A DNA stretch of 64,000 bases from Malacoraja senta. Lineage: Eukaryota. Under the pieces are notes generated by a model. The model made no database searches and was not told the DNA's origin. It saw nothing but the letters and a program-made list of their open reading frames with translations. Shown here in pieces: positions 13,206 through 25,455 of this stretch. Both the position numbers and the translations under genes were made by a program. The stretch covers positions 1-64,000 of the forward strand of contig JAXLNO010000440.1 of NCBI GenBank assembly GCA_038087875.1, written 5' to 3'. Within the stretch, counting starts at the first letter, position 1, and the number at the start of each line of letters is the position of its first letter.

Positions 13206-14201
13206 TCAATCTCCAGTTGATGCAGCCTTAGTCGCGATTTCTTGAGCGTATTTGAGAGATTCATCCGAATTAGTGAATGTTTTTGACACTCCCTCAAAGG
13301 TGATACGCATTCTAGCCGGATAAAACACTCCACACAAAACTCCCTTAACACCATAAAGAACTTCTCTGGTCTGTGAGAACTTTCTTCTCTTTTGCTCAAT
13401 CTCATAAGGGTAGTCCCGTAGGAGTTTAATAGTATCACCTCTGTACATCATCTTCTCTCCGTGGTTGATTTTTTTCATCAGCGCTTCCATTGTTGAGATA
13501 TCCCGAAGTTTAATTATGATCTGTCGTGGGTAGGCACTTTCTCCTTGAGATCTTGATTTAAATCTGGGGAGTCGATGTGCTACTTCAATTACAGGTACTT
13601 CTGGTAGCTTCAGTACGTGTTTAATTAGGTTGGCAGCGAACTCACAAACATTGTCCCCCTCAGCTCCCTCTTTTACACCACGTATTCTTATATTTTGGCG
13701 TCTTGAGCGAGCTTCTAGGTCAACACATTTATTCGAAACCTTTGTGACTTGGTTCTTGAGACTATCTATTTCTGACTTCATAGTCTGCATCTCTCCAGCC
13801 ATCACTTCCACAACAGCTTCCAAATCATTCACTGCAGATGCATTTGCAGCCACAGTTTCGTGCACAGCCTCAAACATCTTTGTGGTCTCTTCTGCCACCT
13901 TTTCAATTTTTATCGATAGTCCTTTTTCCACACCTTCAATTCTTTTTTGGAGAGCCTCAATACCCTCAAGTATTTTATCATTACCGGCTATCAATTTACT
14001 GTTCCCAGCTTCCATATCATTTTTGATATCTCTTACCGAGTTTCTTAAGTCCTCCATTTCGGTTTTCTCTTTTGCAGATCGAGTAGCCATTCCAGAGACC
14101 TCTCCAGAGGTCAGTTCTGAAGTGTCTTGCTGTTCCAGAGTCTTCAGCAGATGTTTTGAGATTTTCCTCTGTGGGCTCTGACCTGGAGATGTACTTTTCA
14201 T
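13206..14201 (-). CDS. L1 ORF1p (331 aa, coiled coil plus RRM/CTD)
   Basis: DLEARSRRQNIRIRGVKE and AHR motifs, coiled-coil N-terminus, open frame. Confidence 0.9.
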   Translation of the reverse strand: MKSTSPGQSPQRKISKHLLKTLEQQDTSELTSGEVSGMATRSAKEKTEMEDLRNSVRDIKNDMEAGNSKLIAGNDKILEGIEALQKRIEGVEKGLSIKIEKVAEETTKMFEAVHETVAANASAVNDLEAVVEVMAGEMQTMKSEIDSLKNQVTKVSNKCVDLEARSRRQNIRIRGVKEGAEGDNVCEFAANLIKHVLKLPEVPVIEVAHRLPRFKSRSQGESAYPRQIIIKLRDISTMEALMKKINHGEKMMYRGDTIKLLRDYPYEIEQKRRKFSQTREVLYGVKGVLCGVFYPARMRITFEGVSKTFTNSDESLKYAQEIATKAASTGD

Positions 14202-14393
14202 TTAAAATGACTTTCCCTCCGTTATAATCGCGGCGCTTACTGATGACGTCATCAGCACCGCGACATGAAGCTCCGGTAAGTTTTTAAAAACGGTCCCGAC
14301 CTCCAGACCCGATTTTAACGCGAAAAATCGCGATTTTTTCAGCGGAGCTAAAAAGTTTGCGACTGCTAGCAGAGCATGACGCAACCGGAAGTC

Positions 14394-14860
14394 AGGTTTC
14401 TTAATTTTAAGGATAATTTTATTTGTTTCCATATTCTTATTGTATCTTGTATAATTGGGTTTTTCTTATATATTGTATTGTTCATTTTTTTAAGGGGAGA
14501 AGAGGATTGTTCCTATATTACAAGGATAACAATCCTCTTTCTCCATTTTTATCCATTCTGTCTGTTGAGTTGAACTATCCAACCAGTAAATTATATTCTT
14601 AATATGTATTGCCCAATAGTAATACAACAAATTTGGGAGTGAAAGTCCCCCGACATCTTTTGGTTTACAGAAGTGTTCTTTTTTAATTCTATGTGATTTA
14701 TAATCCCAAACAAAAGTAGTAATATTAGTATTCAGTTTAGAAAAAAAATATTTTGGTACATATACTGGTATAGATTGAAATAGGTATAATAACTGTGGTA
14801 GGAAGCTCATTTTAATAGCATTTATTCTGCCTATTAATGATAAAGGGAGTGTTTTCCAAA
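14394..14860 (-). mobile_element. Older L1 ORF2 fragment, 5' piece, truncated by the satellite
   Basis: ORF 14490..14810 LPQLLYLFQSIP...GGLSLPN is paralogous to L1 ORF2. Confidence 0.85.
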
Positions 14861-17800
14861 AGGACCTCTATACTCCTATACTGGACACATACTCCAGATG
14901 TGGTCTCACCAGAGCCCTGTACAACTGCAGAAGGACCTCTATACTCCTATACTGGACACATACTCCAGTTGTGGTCTCACCAGAGCCCTGTACAACTGCA
15001 GAAGGACCTCTATACTCCTATACTGGACACATACTCTAGATGTGGTCTCACCAGAGCCCTCCTGTACAACTGCAGATGGACCTCTATACTCCTATACTGG
15101 ACACATACTTCAGATGTGGTCTCGCCAGGGCCCTCCTGTACAACTGGAGAAGGACCTCTATACTCCTATACTGGATACATACTCCAGATGTGGTCTCACC
15201 AGAGTCCTGTACAACTGCAGAAGGACCTCTATACTCCTATACTGGACACATACTCCAGATGTGGTCTCACCAGAGCCCTCTTGAACAACTGCAGAAGGGC
15301 CTATATACTCCTATACTGGACACATACTCCAGATGTGGTCTCACCTGAGCCCCCCTGTACAACTGCAGAAGGACCTCTATACTCCTATACTGGACATATT
15401 CTCCAGATGTGGTCTCGCCAGAGCCCTCCTGTACAACTGCAGAAGGACCTCTATACTCCTATACTGGACACATACTCCAGTTGTGGTTTCACCAGAGCCC
15501 TGTACAACTGCAGAAGTATACTCCTATACTGGACACATACTCCAGATGTGGTCTCACCAGAGCCCTGTACAACTGCAGAAGGACCTCTATACTCCTATAC
15601 TGGACACATACTCCAGTTGTGGTCTCCCCAGAGCCCTGTAAAACTACAGAATGACCTCTATACTCCTATACTGGACACATACTCCAGATGTGGTCTCACC
15701 AGAGCACTCCTGCACAACTGCAGAAGGACCTCTATACTCCTATACTGGACACATACTCCAGATGTGGTCTCACCAGAGCCCTCCTGTACAACTGCAGAAG
15801 GAACTCTATACTCCTATACTGGACACATACTCCAGTTGTGGTCTCCCCAGAGCCCTGTAAAACTACAGAATGACCTCTATACTCCTATACTGGACACATA
15901 CTCCAGATGTGGTCTCACCAGAGCCCTCTTGAACAACTGCAGAAGGACCTATATACTCCTATACTGGACACATACTCCAGATGTGGTCTCACCTGAGCCC
16001 TCCTGTACAACTGCAGAAGGACCTCTATACTCCTATACTGGACACATACTCCAGTTGTGGTCTCACCAGAGCCCTCCGGTACAATTACAGAAGGACCTCT
16101 ATACTCCTATACTGGACACATACTCCAGTTGTGGTCTCACCAGAGCCCCGTACAACTGCAGAACAACCCTTATACTCCTATACTGGACACATACTCCAGT
16201 TGTCGTTTCACCAGAGCCCTGTACAACTGCAGAATTACCTCTATACTCCTATACTGGACACATACTCCAGATGTGGTCCCACAAGAGCCCTCCTGTACAA
16301 CTGCAGAAGGACCTCTATGCTCCTATACTGGACACATATTCCAGATGTGGTCTCACCAGAGCCCTCCTGTACAGCTGCAGAAGGACCTCTATACTCCTAT
16401 ACTGGACACATACTCCAGATGTGGTCTCCCCAGAGCCCTGTACAACTGCAGAATGACCTCTATACTCCTATACTGGACACATACTCCAGATGTGGTCTCA
16501 CCAGAGCCCTCCTGCACAACTGCAGAAGAACCTCTTTACTGCTAAACTGGACACATACTCTAGATGTGGTCTCATCAGAGCCCTCCTGTACAACTGCAGA
16601 AGGACCTCTATACTCCTATACTGGACACATATTCCAGATGTGGTCTCACCAGAGCCATCTAGTACAGCTGCAGAAGGATCTCTATACTCCTATACTGGAC
16701 ACATACTCCAGATGTGGTCTCACCAGAGCCCTGCACAACTGCAGAATGACCTCTATACTCCTATACTGGACACATACTCCAGATGTGGTCTCACCAGAGC
16801 CCTCCTGTACAACTGCAGAAGGACCTCTATATGAAAAAGCGCTATATAAAATAAATCTATTATTATTATTATTATTATTATTACTCCTATACTGGACACA
16901 TACTCCAGATGTGGTCTCACCGGAGCCCTCCTGTACAACTGCAGAAGGACCTCTATACTATACTGGACACATACTCCAGATGTGGTCTCACCAGAGCCCT
17001 CCTGTACAACTGCAGAAGAACCTCTTTACTGCTATACTGGACACATACTCTAGATATGGTCTCACCAGAGCTCTCCTGTGCAACTGCAGAAGGACCTCTA
17101 TACTCCTATACTGGACACATATTCCAGATGTGGTCTCACCAGAGCCCTCCTGTACAACTGCAGAATGACCTCTATACTCCTATACTGGATACATACTCCA
17201 GATGTGGTCTCACCAGAGCCCTGTACAACTGCAGAAGGACCTCTATACTATACTGGACACATACTCCAGATGTGGTCTCACCAGAGCCCTCCTGTACAAC
17301 TGCAGAATAACCTCTTTACTGCTATACTGGACACATACTCCAGATGTGGTCTCACCAGAGCCCTCCTGTACAACTGCAGAAGAACCTCTTTACTGCTATA
17401 CTGGACACATACTCTAGATATGGTCTCACCAGAGCTCTCCTGTACAACTGCAGAAGGACCTCTATACTCCTATACTGGACACATATTCCAGATGTGGTCT
17501 CACCAGAGCCCTCCTGTACAGCTGCAGAAGGACCTCTATACTCCTATACTGGACACATACTCCAGATGTGGTCTCACCAGAGCCCTGTACAACTGCAGAA
17601 TGACCTCTATACTCCTATACTGGATACATACTCCAGATGTGGTCTCACCAGAGCCCTGTACAACTGCAGAATGACCTCTATACTCCTATACTGGACACAT
17701 ACTCCAGATGTGGTCTCACCAGAGACCTCCTGTACAACTACAAAAGGACCTCTATACTCCTATACTGGACACATACTCCAGATGTGGTCTCACGAGAGCC

Positions 17801-20800
17801 CTCCTGTACAACTGCACAAGGACCTCTATACTCCTATACTGGACACATACTCCAGATGTGGTCTCACCAGAGCCCTGTACAACTCCAGAATGACCTCTAT
17901 ACTCCTATACTGGACACATATTCCAGATGTGGTCTCACCAGAGCCCTCCTGTACAGCTGCAGAAGGACCTCTATACTCCTATACTGGACACATACTCCAG
18001 ATGTGGTCTCACCAGAGCCCTGTACAACTGCAGAATGACCTCTATACTCCTATACTGGACACATACTCCAGATGTGGTCCCACCAGAGCCCTCCTGTACA
18101 ACTGCTGAAGGACCTCTCTACTCCTATACTGGACACATATTCCAGATGTGGTCTCACCAGAGCCCTCCTGTACAGCTGCAGAAGGACCTCTATACTCCTA
18201 TACTGGACACATACTCCAGATGTGGTCTCCCCAGAGCCCTGTACAACTGCAGAATGACCTCTATACTCCTATACTGGACATACTCCAGATGTGGTCTCAC
18301 CAGAGCCCTCCTGCACAAGAACCTCTTTACTGCTATACTGGACACATACTCTAGATGTGGTCTCACCAGAGCCCTCCTGTACAACTGCAGAAGGACCTCT
18401 ATACTCCTATACTGGACACATATTCCAGATGTGGTCTCACCAGAGCCCTCCTGTACAGCTGCAGAAGGACCTCTATACTCCTATACTGGACATACTCCAG
18501 ATGTGGTCTCACCAGAGCCCTGTACAACTGCAGAATGACCTCTATACTCCTATACTGGACACATACTCCAGATGTGGTCTCACCAGAGCCCTGTACAACT
18601 GCAGAATGACCTCTATACTCCTATACTGGACACATACTCCAGATGTGGTCTCACCAGAGCCCTCCTGTACAACTGCAAAAGGACCTCTATACTCCTATAC
18701 TGGACACATACTCCAGATGTGGTCTCACGAGAGCCCTCCTGTACAACTGCAGAAGGACCTCTATACTCCTATACTGGACACATACTCCAGATGTGGTCTC
18801 ACCAGAGCCCTGTACAACTGCAGAATGACCTCTATACTCCTATACTGGACACATATTCCAGATGTGGTCTCACCAGAGCCCTCCTGTACAGCTGCAGAAG
18901 GACCTCTATACTCCTATACTGGACACATACTCCAGATGTGGTCTCACCAGAGCCCTGTACAACTGCAGAATGACCTCTATACTCCTATACTGGACACATA
19001 CTCCAGATGTGGTCCCACCAGAGCCCTCCTGTACAACTGCAGAAGGACCTCTATACTGGACACATATTCCAGATGTGGTCTCACCAGAGCCCTCCTGTAC
19101 AGCTGCAGAAGGACCTCTATACTCCTATACTGGACACATACTCCAGATGTGGTCTCCCCAGAGCCCTGTACAACTGCAGAATGACCTCTGTACTCCTATA
19201 CTGGACACATACTCCAGATGTGGTCTCACCAGAGCCCTCCTGCGCAAGAACCTCTTTACTGCTATACTGGACACATACTCTAGATGTGGTCTCACCAGAG
19301 CCCTCCTGTACAACTGCAGGACCTCTATACTCCTATACTGGACACATATTCCAGATGTGGTCTCACCAGAGCCTCCTGTACAGCTGCAGAAGGACCTCTA
19401 TACTCCTATACTGGACACATACTCCAGATGTGGTCTCACCGGAGCCCTGTACAACTGCAGAATGACCTCTATACTCCTATACTGGACACATACTCCAGAT
19501 GTGGTCTCACCAGAGCCCTGTACAACTGCAGAATGACCTCTATACTCCTATACTGGACACATACTCCAGATGTGGTCTCACCAGAGCCCTCCTGCACAAC
19601 TGCAGAAGGACCTCTATACTCCTAAACTGGACACATACTCCAAATGTGGTCTCACCAGAGCCTTGTACAACTGCAGAAGGACCTTTATACTCCTATACTG
19701 GACACATACTACAGATGTGGTCTCACCAGAGCCCTCCTGTACAACTGCAGAAGGACCTCTATACTCCTATACTGGACACATACTCCAGATGTGGTCTCAC
19801 CAGAGCCCTGTACAACTGCAGAATGACCTCTATACTCCTATACTGGACACATACTCCAGATGTGGTCCCACCAGAGCCCTCCTGTACAACTGCAGAAGGA
19901 CCTCTATACTCCTATACTGGACACATATTCCAGATGTGGTCTCACCAGAGCCCTCCTGTACAGCTGCAGAAGGACCTCTATACTCCTATACTGGACACAT
20001 ACTCCAGATGTGGTCTCCCCAGAGCCCTGTACAACTGCAGAATGACCTCTATACTCCTATACTGGACACATACTCCAGATGTGGTCCCACCAGAGCCCTC
20101 CTGTACAACTGCAGAAGGACCTCTATACTCCTATACTGGACACATATTCCAGATGTGGTCTCACCAGAGCCCTCCTGTACAGCTGCAGAAGGACCTCTAT
20201 ACTCCTATACTGGACACATACTCCAGATGTGGTCTCACCAGAGCCCTGTAAAACTGCAGAATGAGCTCTATACTCCTATACTGGACACATACTCCAGATG
20301 TGGTCTCACCAAAGCCCTGTACAACTGCAGAATGACCTCTATACTCCTATACTGGACACATACTCCAGATGTGGTCTGACCAGAGCCCTCCTGTACAACT
20401 GCAAAAGGACCTCTATACTCCTATACTGGACATACTCCAGATGTGGTCTCACGAGAGCCCTCCTGTACAACTGCAGAAGGACCTCTATACTCCTATACTG
20501 GACACATGCTCCAGATGTGGTCTCACCAGAGCCCTCCTGTACAACTGCAGAAGGACCTCTATACTCCTATACTGGACACATACTCCAGATGTGGTCTCAC
20601 CAGAGCCCTCCTGTACAACTGCAGAAGGACCTCTATATGAAAAAGCGCTATATAAAATAATTATATTATTATTATTATTACTCCTATACTGGACACATAC
20701 TCCAGATGTGGTCTCACCAGAGCCCTCCTGTACAACTGCAGAAGGACCTCTATACTCCTATACTGGACACATACTCCAGATGTGGTCTCACCAGAGCCCT

Positions 20801-22097
20801 CCTGTACAACTGCAGAAGAACCTCTTTACTGCTATACTGGACACATACTCCAGATGTGGTCTCACCAGAGCCCTCCTGTACAACTGCGAAAGGACCTCTA
20901 TACTCCTATACTGGACACATACTCCAGATGTGGTCTCACGAGAGCCCTCCTGTACAACTGCAGAAGGACCTCTATACTCCTATACTGGACACATACTCCA
21001 GATGTGGTCTCACCAGAGCCCTGTACAACTGCAGAAAGACCTCTATACTCCTATACTGGACACATACTCCAGATGTGGTCTCACCAGAGCCCTGTACAAC
21101 TGCAGAATGACCTCTATACTCCTATACTGGACACATACTCCAGATGTGGTCTCACCAGAGCCCTCCTGTACAACTGCGAAAGGACCTCTATACTCCTATA
21201 CTGGACACATACTCCAGATGTGGTCTCACGAGAGCCCTCCTGTACAACTGCAGAAGGACCTCTATACTCCTATACTGGACACATACTCCAGATGTGGTCT
21301 CACCAGAGCCCTGTACAACTGCAGAAAGACCTCTATACTCCTATACTGGACACATATTCCAGATGTGGTCTCACCAGAGCCCTCCTGTACAGCTGCAGAA
21401 TGACCTCTATACTCCTATACTGGACACATACTCCAGATGTGGTCTCACCAGAGCCCTGTACAACTGCAGAATGACCTCTATACTCCTATACTGGACACAT
21501 ACTCCAGATGTGGTCCCACCAGAGCCCTCCTGTACAACTGCAGAAGGACCTCTATACTCCTATACTGGACACATATTCCAGATGTGGTCTCACCAGAGCC
21601 CTCCTGTACAGCTGCAGAAGGACCTCTATACTCCTATACTGGACACATACTCCAGATGTGGTCTCCCCAGAGCCCTGTACAACTGCAGAATGACCTCTAT
21701 ACTCCTATACTGGACACATACTCCAGATGTGGTCTCACCAGAGCCCTCCTGCACAACTGCAGAAGAACCTCTTTACTGCTATACTGGACACATACTCTAG
21801 ATGTGGTCTCACCAGAGCCCTCCTGTACAACTGCAGAAGGACCTCTATACTCCTATACTGGACACATATTCCAGATGTGGTCTCACCAGAGCCCTCCTGT
21901 ACAGCTGCAGAAGGACCTCTGTACTCCTATACTGGACACATACTCCAGATGTGGTCTCACCAGAGCCCTCCTGCACAACTGCAGAAGGACCTCTATACTC
22001 CTAAACTGGACACATACTCCAGATGTGGTCTCACCAGAGCCTTGTACAACTGCAGAAGGACCTTTATACTCCTATACTGGACACATACTCCAGATGT
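14860..22097. repeat. Satellite of ~100 units of 71/74 bp derived from CR1 LINE ORF2 (CR1 sense on the - strand)
   Basis: Unit aggacctctatactcctatactggacacatactccagatgtggtctcaccagagccct(cct)gtacaactgcaga. Its reverse complement matches CR1 at ~54745-54815 ([21 protein letters not shown]). Confidence 0.95.
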
Positions 22098-22408
22098 CCC
22101 TCTAACCCTCCGCCCATTGGCCGGCCCGTCTGTCCGTCTCCCTCATCCTCCAATCAGTAACGACAGGAAGCGGGACAACCTCCAACCTCCCCCATTGGAT
22201 GATCCGGCCGCCCATCACACATCTCTATCCAATTAGCCATGTCTAGAGGCGGGCCAACCTCCTACACCCCCGCCCATTGCTGGGGCCACCGTCCGTCACC
22301 GCCTCCTCGTCCAATCAGCGCGGTCGGGGGGCGGGACCTGGCGACGGTTGGTGCCCGGAGCCGCCGCCATCTTGATCGCCGGCGCCGTCACCGTCTCCCC
22401 TCAGTAAG

Positions 22409-22442
<34 letters not shown>

Positions 22443-22750
22443 TGTCCCCCAGCGTCCCCGCCCCGCTACCTTGGTGCCGGGGGTGAAGCGCTGCCGCCCG
22501 CCCGCCCGCCGGGGTCATGGCCGCCGTGGATGATTCGTTTGACCACCCCGTCCATGTCCGACAGCGGCGCCTCGATCAACCGCCCGCCCGCTCGGGTGTT
22601 TCCGCTCACGCACTCGGGTGTTTCCGGCGGCGGTCATACACTCGGCTCTCTCGGGCTGTGACGTCACTCGGGCGTCTCCTCACTCGGGCTGTGACGTCAC
22701 TCGGGCTCGGGCGACTCCTCACTCGGGCTGTGACGTCACTCGGGCGTCAC
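22098..22750. promoter_or_regulatory. CpG-island promoter, probably serving both strands
   Basis: Five CCAAT/ATTGG boxes (22116, 22150, 22194, 22229, 22311), GC boxes (~22246, ~22327), YY1-like CCGCCATCTT (22364-22373), + strand donor GTAAGT (22404-22409) and three TGACGTCA CRE sites (22659, 22692, 22731). Confidence 0.75.
22470..22555 (-). pseudogene. AIP: AIP-like exon 1, frameshifted as assembled
   Basis: ATG at 22555 gives MDGVVKRIIHGGHDP; another frame ends QRFTPGTK followed by GTag. This resembles the AIP/AIPL1 N-terminus (DGIQKRVI...FQDGTK). ATG to donor is 86 nt, with the shift falling in a (GGGC)n run. Confidence 0.75.
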
Positions 22751-22751
22751 G

Positions 22752-25083
22752 TTGAGTACAGGAGCAGGGAGGTTCTACTGCAGTTGTACAGGGTCTTGGT
22801 GAGACCACACATGGGGTATTGCTTACAGTTTTGGTCTCCTAATCTGAGGAAAGGACATTCTTGCCGTAGATGGGATAGCAGCACATTTGGAAAGTGGTGA
22901 AATCATTGGACAAAGTCAGCATGGATTTATGAAAGGTAAATCATGTCTGACGAATCTTAAAGAATTTTTCGAGGATGTAACTAGTAGAGTGGATAAGGGA
23001 GAACCAGTGGATGTGTTATAGGGAGGTTTCACGGCAGTTGCTACGCTAACGCCAAATGGATTACACGCGATGAACTGCAGGTAAGCACTGACCATTGTTT
23101 CCAGCGTAGCGGGCCCGTTAAAACCCGCCGAAATTGTCAATTTCTGCGCTGTAAATAATTATGGAAATCGGGAAAAGCGTGAGAGACATTTATCCTACTT
23201 CAGAATTCCAAAAGCGAGGAGAAATGATGGTAGATAGAAGCGAGAGCTGAAGGGACAACAACAGCTAAAGTGCTTGGCGAACATTGGCCGTTTGCTCACT
23301 GCATTTCATCAACTAAGGAATTATTTGTGTTTTTTCTTGATTCCTTTGGCATCTAAAAAGTTTCACAAGTGATAAATCTGTCTGTAAAAGTTTAAAATCG
23401 CCCATGGTTCTCGTGGGTTTTTACATACAAAATGAAAACGCCTCTGAAGCAAAATTTACAACCAGATTTATCACTTCTGAGACTTTTTAGATACCAAAGG
23501 AATCAAGAAAAAACACAAATAATGCCTTACTGTTGATGAAATGCAGTGAGCAAATGCGATAATTCCCAATATTTTAAATTCCGATATCTGCACGGCCAAT
23601 GTTCGCCAAGCACTTTAGCTGTTGTTGTCCCTTCAGCACTCGCTTCTCTTTACCTTCATTTCGCTTCACTTTTGGAATTATGAAGTTGGGTAAACGTCTC
23701 TCACACTTACCCCGACAATTCCACAATTTTTTACAGCGCAATAATTCAACATCTTGGCGGTTTTTAACAGGTAGGAAAGTACGCATTTCTTGCATTAATA
23801 ACATATACCGGAAGTTACGGATGTCCTCCAGATAGATTGAGCGGCTCCGTGCGGCAAGCCCTATGACCCAGTGACCTTACGTGGAACCCCCCCCTATATC
23901 TGGACTTTCAGAAGGCTTTCAACATTGTCCCACATAAGAGATTAGTATGCAAACTTGAAGCACATGGCATTGGGGGTTCAGTATTGATGTTGATAGAGAA
24001 CTGGCTGGCAGACAGGAAGCAAAGAGTAGGAGTAAACGGGTCCTTTTCAGATCGGCAGGCAGTGACTAGTAGGGTACCGCAAGACTCAGTGCTGGGACCC
24101 CAGCTATTTACAATATATATTAATGATTTGGACGAGGGAATTTAATGCAACATCTCCAGGTTTGCGGATGACACGAAGCTGGGGGGCAGTGTTAGCTGTG
24201 AGGAAGATGCTAGGAGGCTGCAAGGTGACTTGGATAGGTTGGGTGAGTGGGCAACTGCATAGCAGATGCAGTATAATGTGGATAAATGTGAGGTTATCCA
24301 CTTTCGTGGCAAAAACAGGAAAGTAGACTATTATCTGAATGGTGGCCGATTAGGAAAGGGGGAGATGCAACGAAACCTGGGTGTCATGGTACACCAGTCA
24401 TTGAAAGTAGGCATGCAGGTGCAGCAGGCAGTGAAGAAAGCGAATGGTATGTTAGCATTCATAGCAAAAGGACTTGAGTATAGGAGCAGGGAGGTTCTAC
24501 TGCAGTTGTACAGGGTCTTGGTGAGACAACACCTGGAGTATTGCGTATAGTTTTGGTCTCCTTATCTGAGGAAAGACATTCTTGCCATTGAGGGAGTATA
24601 TAGAAGGTTCACCAGACTGATTCCTGGGATGGCAGGACTTTCATATGAAGAATGACTCGGCTTGCACTCGCTAGAATTTAGAAGATTGAGGGGGGATCTT
24701 ACAGAAACTTACAAAATTGTTAAGGGGTTGGACAGGCTAGATGCAGGAAGATTGTTCCCAATGTTGGGAAAGTCCAGAACATGGGGTCACAGTTTAAGGA
24801 TAAGGGGGAAGTCTTTTAGGACCGAGATGAGAAAAACATTTTTCACACAGAGAGTGGTGAATCTGTGGAATTCTCTGCGATAGAAAGTAGTTGAGACCAG
24901 TTCATTGGCTATATTTAAGAGGGAGTTAGATGTGGCCCTTGTGGCTAAAGGGATCAGGGGGTATGGAGAGAAGGCAGGTACAGGATACTGAGTTGGATGA
25001 TCAGCAATGATCATATTGAATGGCGGTACAGGCTTGAAGGGCCGAATGGCCTACTCCTGCACCTATTTTCTATGTTTCTATGT
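22752..25083 (+). mobile_element. CR1 LINE RT fragments, interrupted by a MITE
   Basis: QHGFMKGKSCLTNL, LDFQKAF and later CR1 motifs with stops; tail tttctatgtttctatgtt. Confidence 0.9.
23021..23894. mobile_element. Non-autonomous foldback DNA transposon (MITE)
   Basis: Imperfect TIRs GGGAGGTTTCACG / CGTGGAACCCCCC; TATA duplicated on both sides; removal restores CR1 'gatgtgttatatctggacttt'; long internal inverted arms. Confidence 0.85.
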
Positions 25084-25455
25084 TAAGGGGGACTTGATAG
25101 AGGTCTTTAAAATGATGAGTTGACATGGTTACGCTTTTTCCATTGAGAGTAGTAGGGAAGATTCAAACAAGAGGACATGATTTGAGAATGAAGGGACAGA
25201 AGTTTAAGGGTAACATGAGGGGGAACTTCTTTACTCAGAGAGTGGTAGCTGTGTGGAATGAGCTTCCAGTGGAAGTGGTGGGTGCAGGTTCGATTTTATC
25301 ATTTAAAAATAAATTGGATAGGTATATGGACGGGAAAGGAATGGAGGGTTATGGTCTAAGTGCAGGTAGATGGGACTAGGGAAGAATAAGTGTTCGGCGC
25401 GGACTAGAAGGGCCGAGATGGCCTGTTTCCGTGCTGTAATTGTTATATGGTTATA
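25084..25455 (+). mobile_element. CR1 3' fragment, second subfamily (paralogs at ~43505-43890 and ~61865-62220 on -)
   Basis: TRGHDLR...FFTQRVVAVWNELP; (GTTATATG) tail. Confidence 0.85.

Larger units (their letters stand above)
7781..14393 (-). mobile_element. Full-length, nearly intact L1-clade LINE
   Basis: 5' end GACTTCCGG, ORF1, EN-RT ORF2, A-rich tail (T-rich on + at 7781-7817) and 15-bp TSD AGGTTTCTTAATTTT at 7766-7780 and 14394-14408. Confidence 0.95.

Noticed and set aside
14837..22236. Many long repetitive ORFs (up to 539 aa) and a CRISPR-like appearance
   Set aside because: The unit is stop-poor on + and cycles through all frames; there are no unique spacers or cas genes, and the context is vertebrate.
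22404..22452. Mini-intron from GTAAGT to the (CT)n-CAG at 22452
   Set aside because: Only 49 nt, below the usual vertebrate intron size; the pyrimidine tract is a microsatellite.
22239..22900. + strand ORFs across the CpG island
   Set aside because: No recognisable domain; they run through microsatellite and CR1 sequence.
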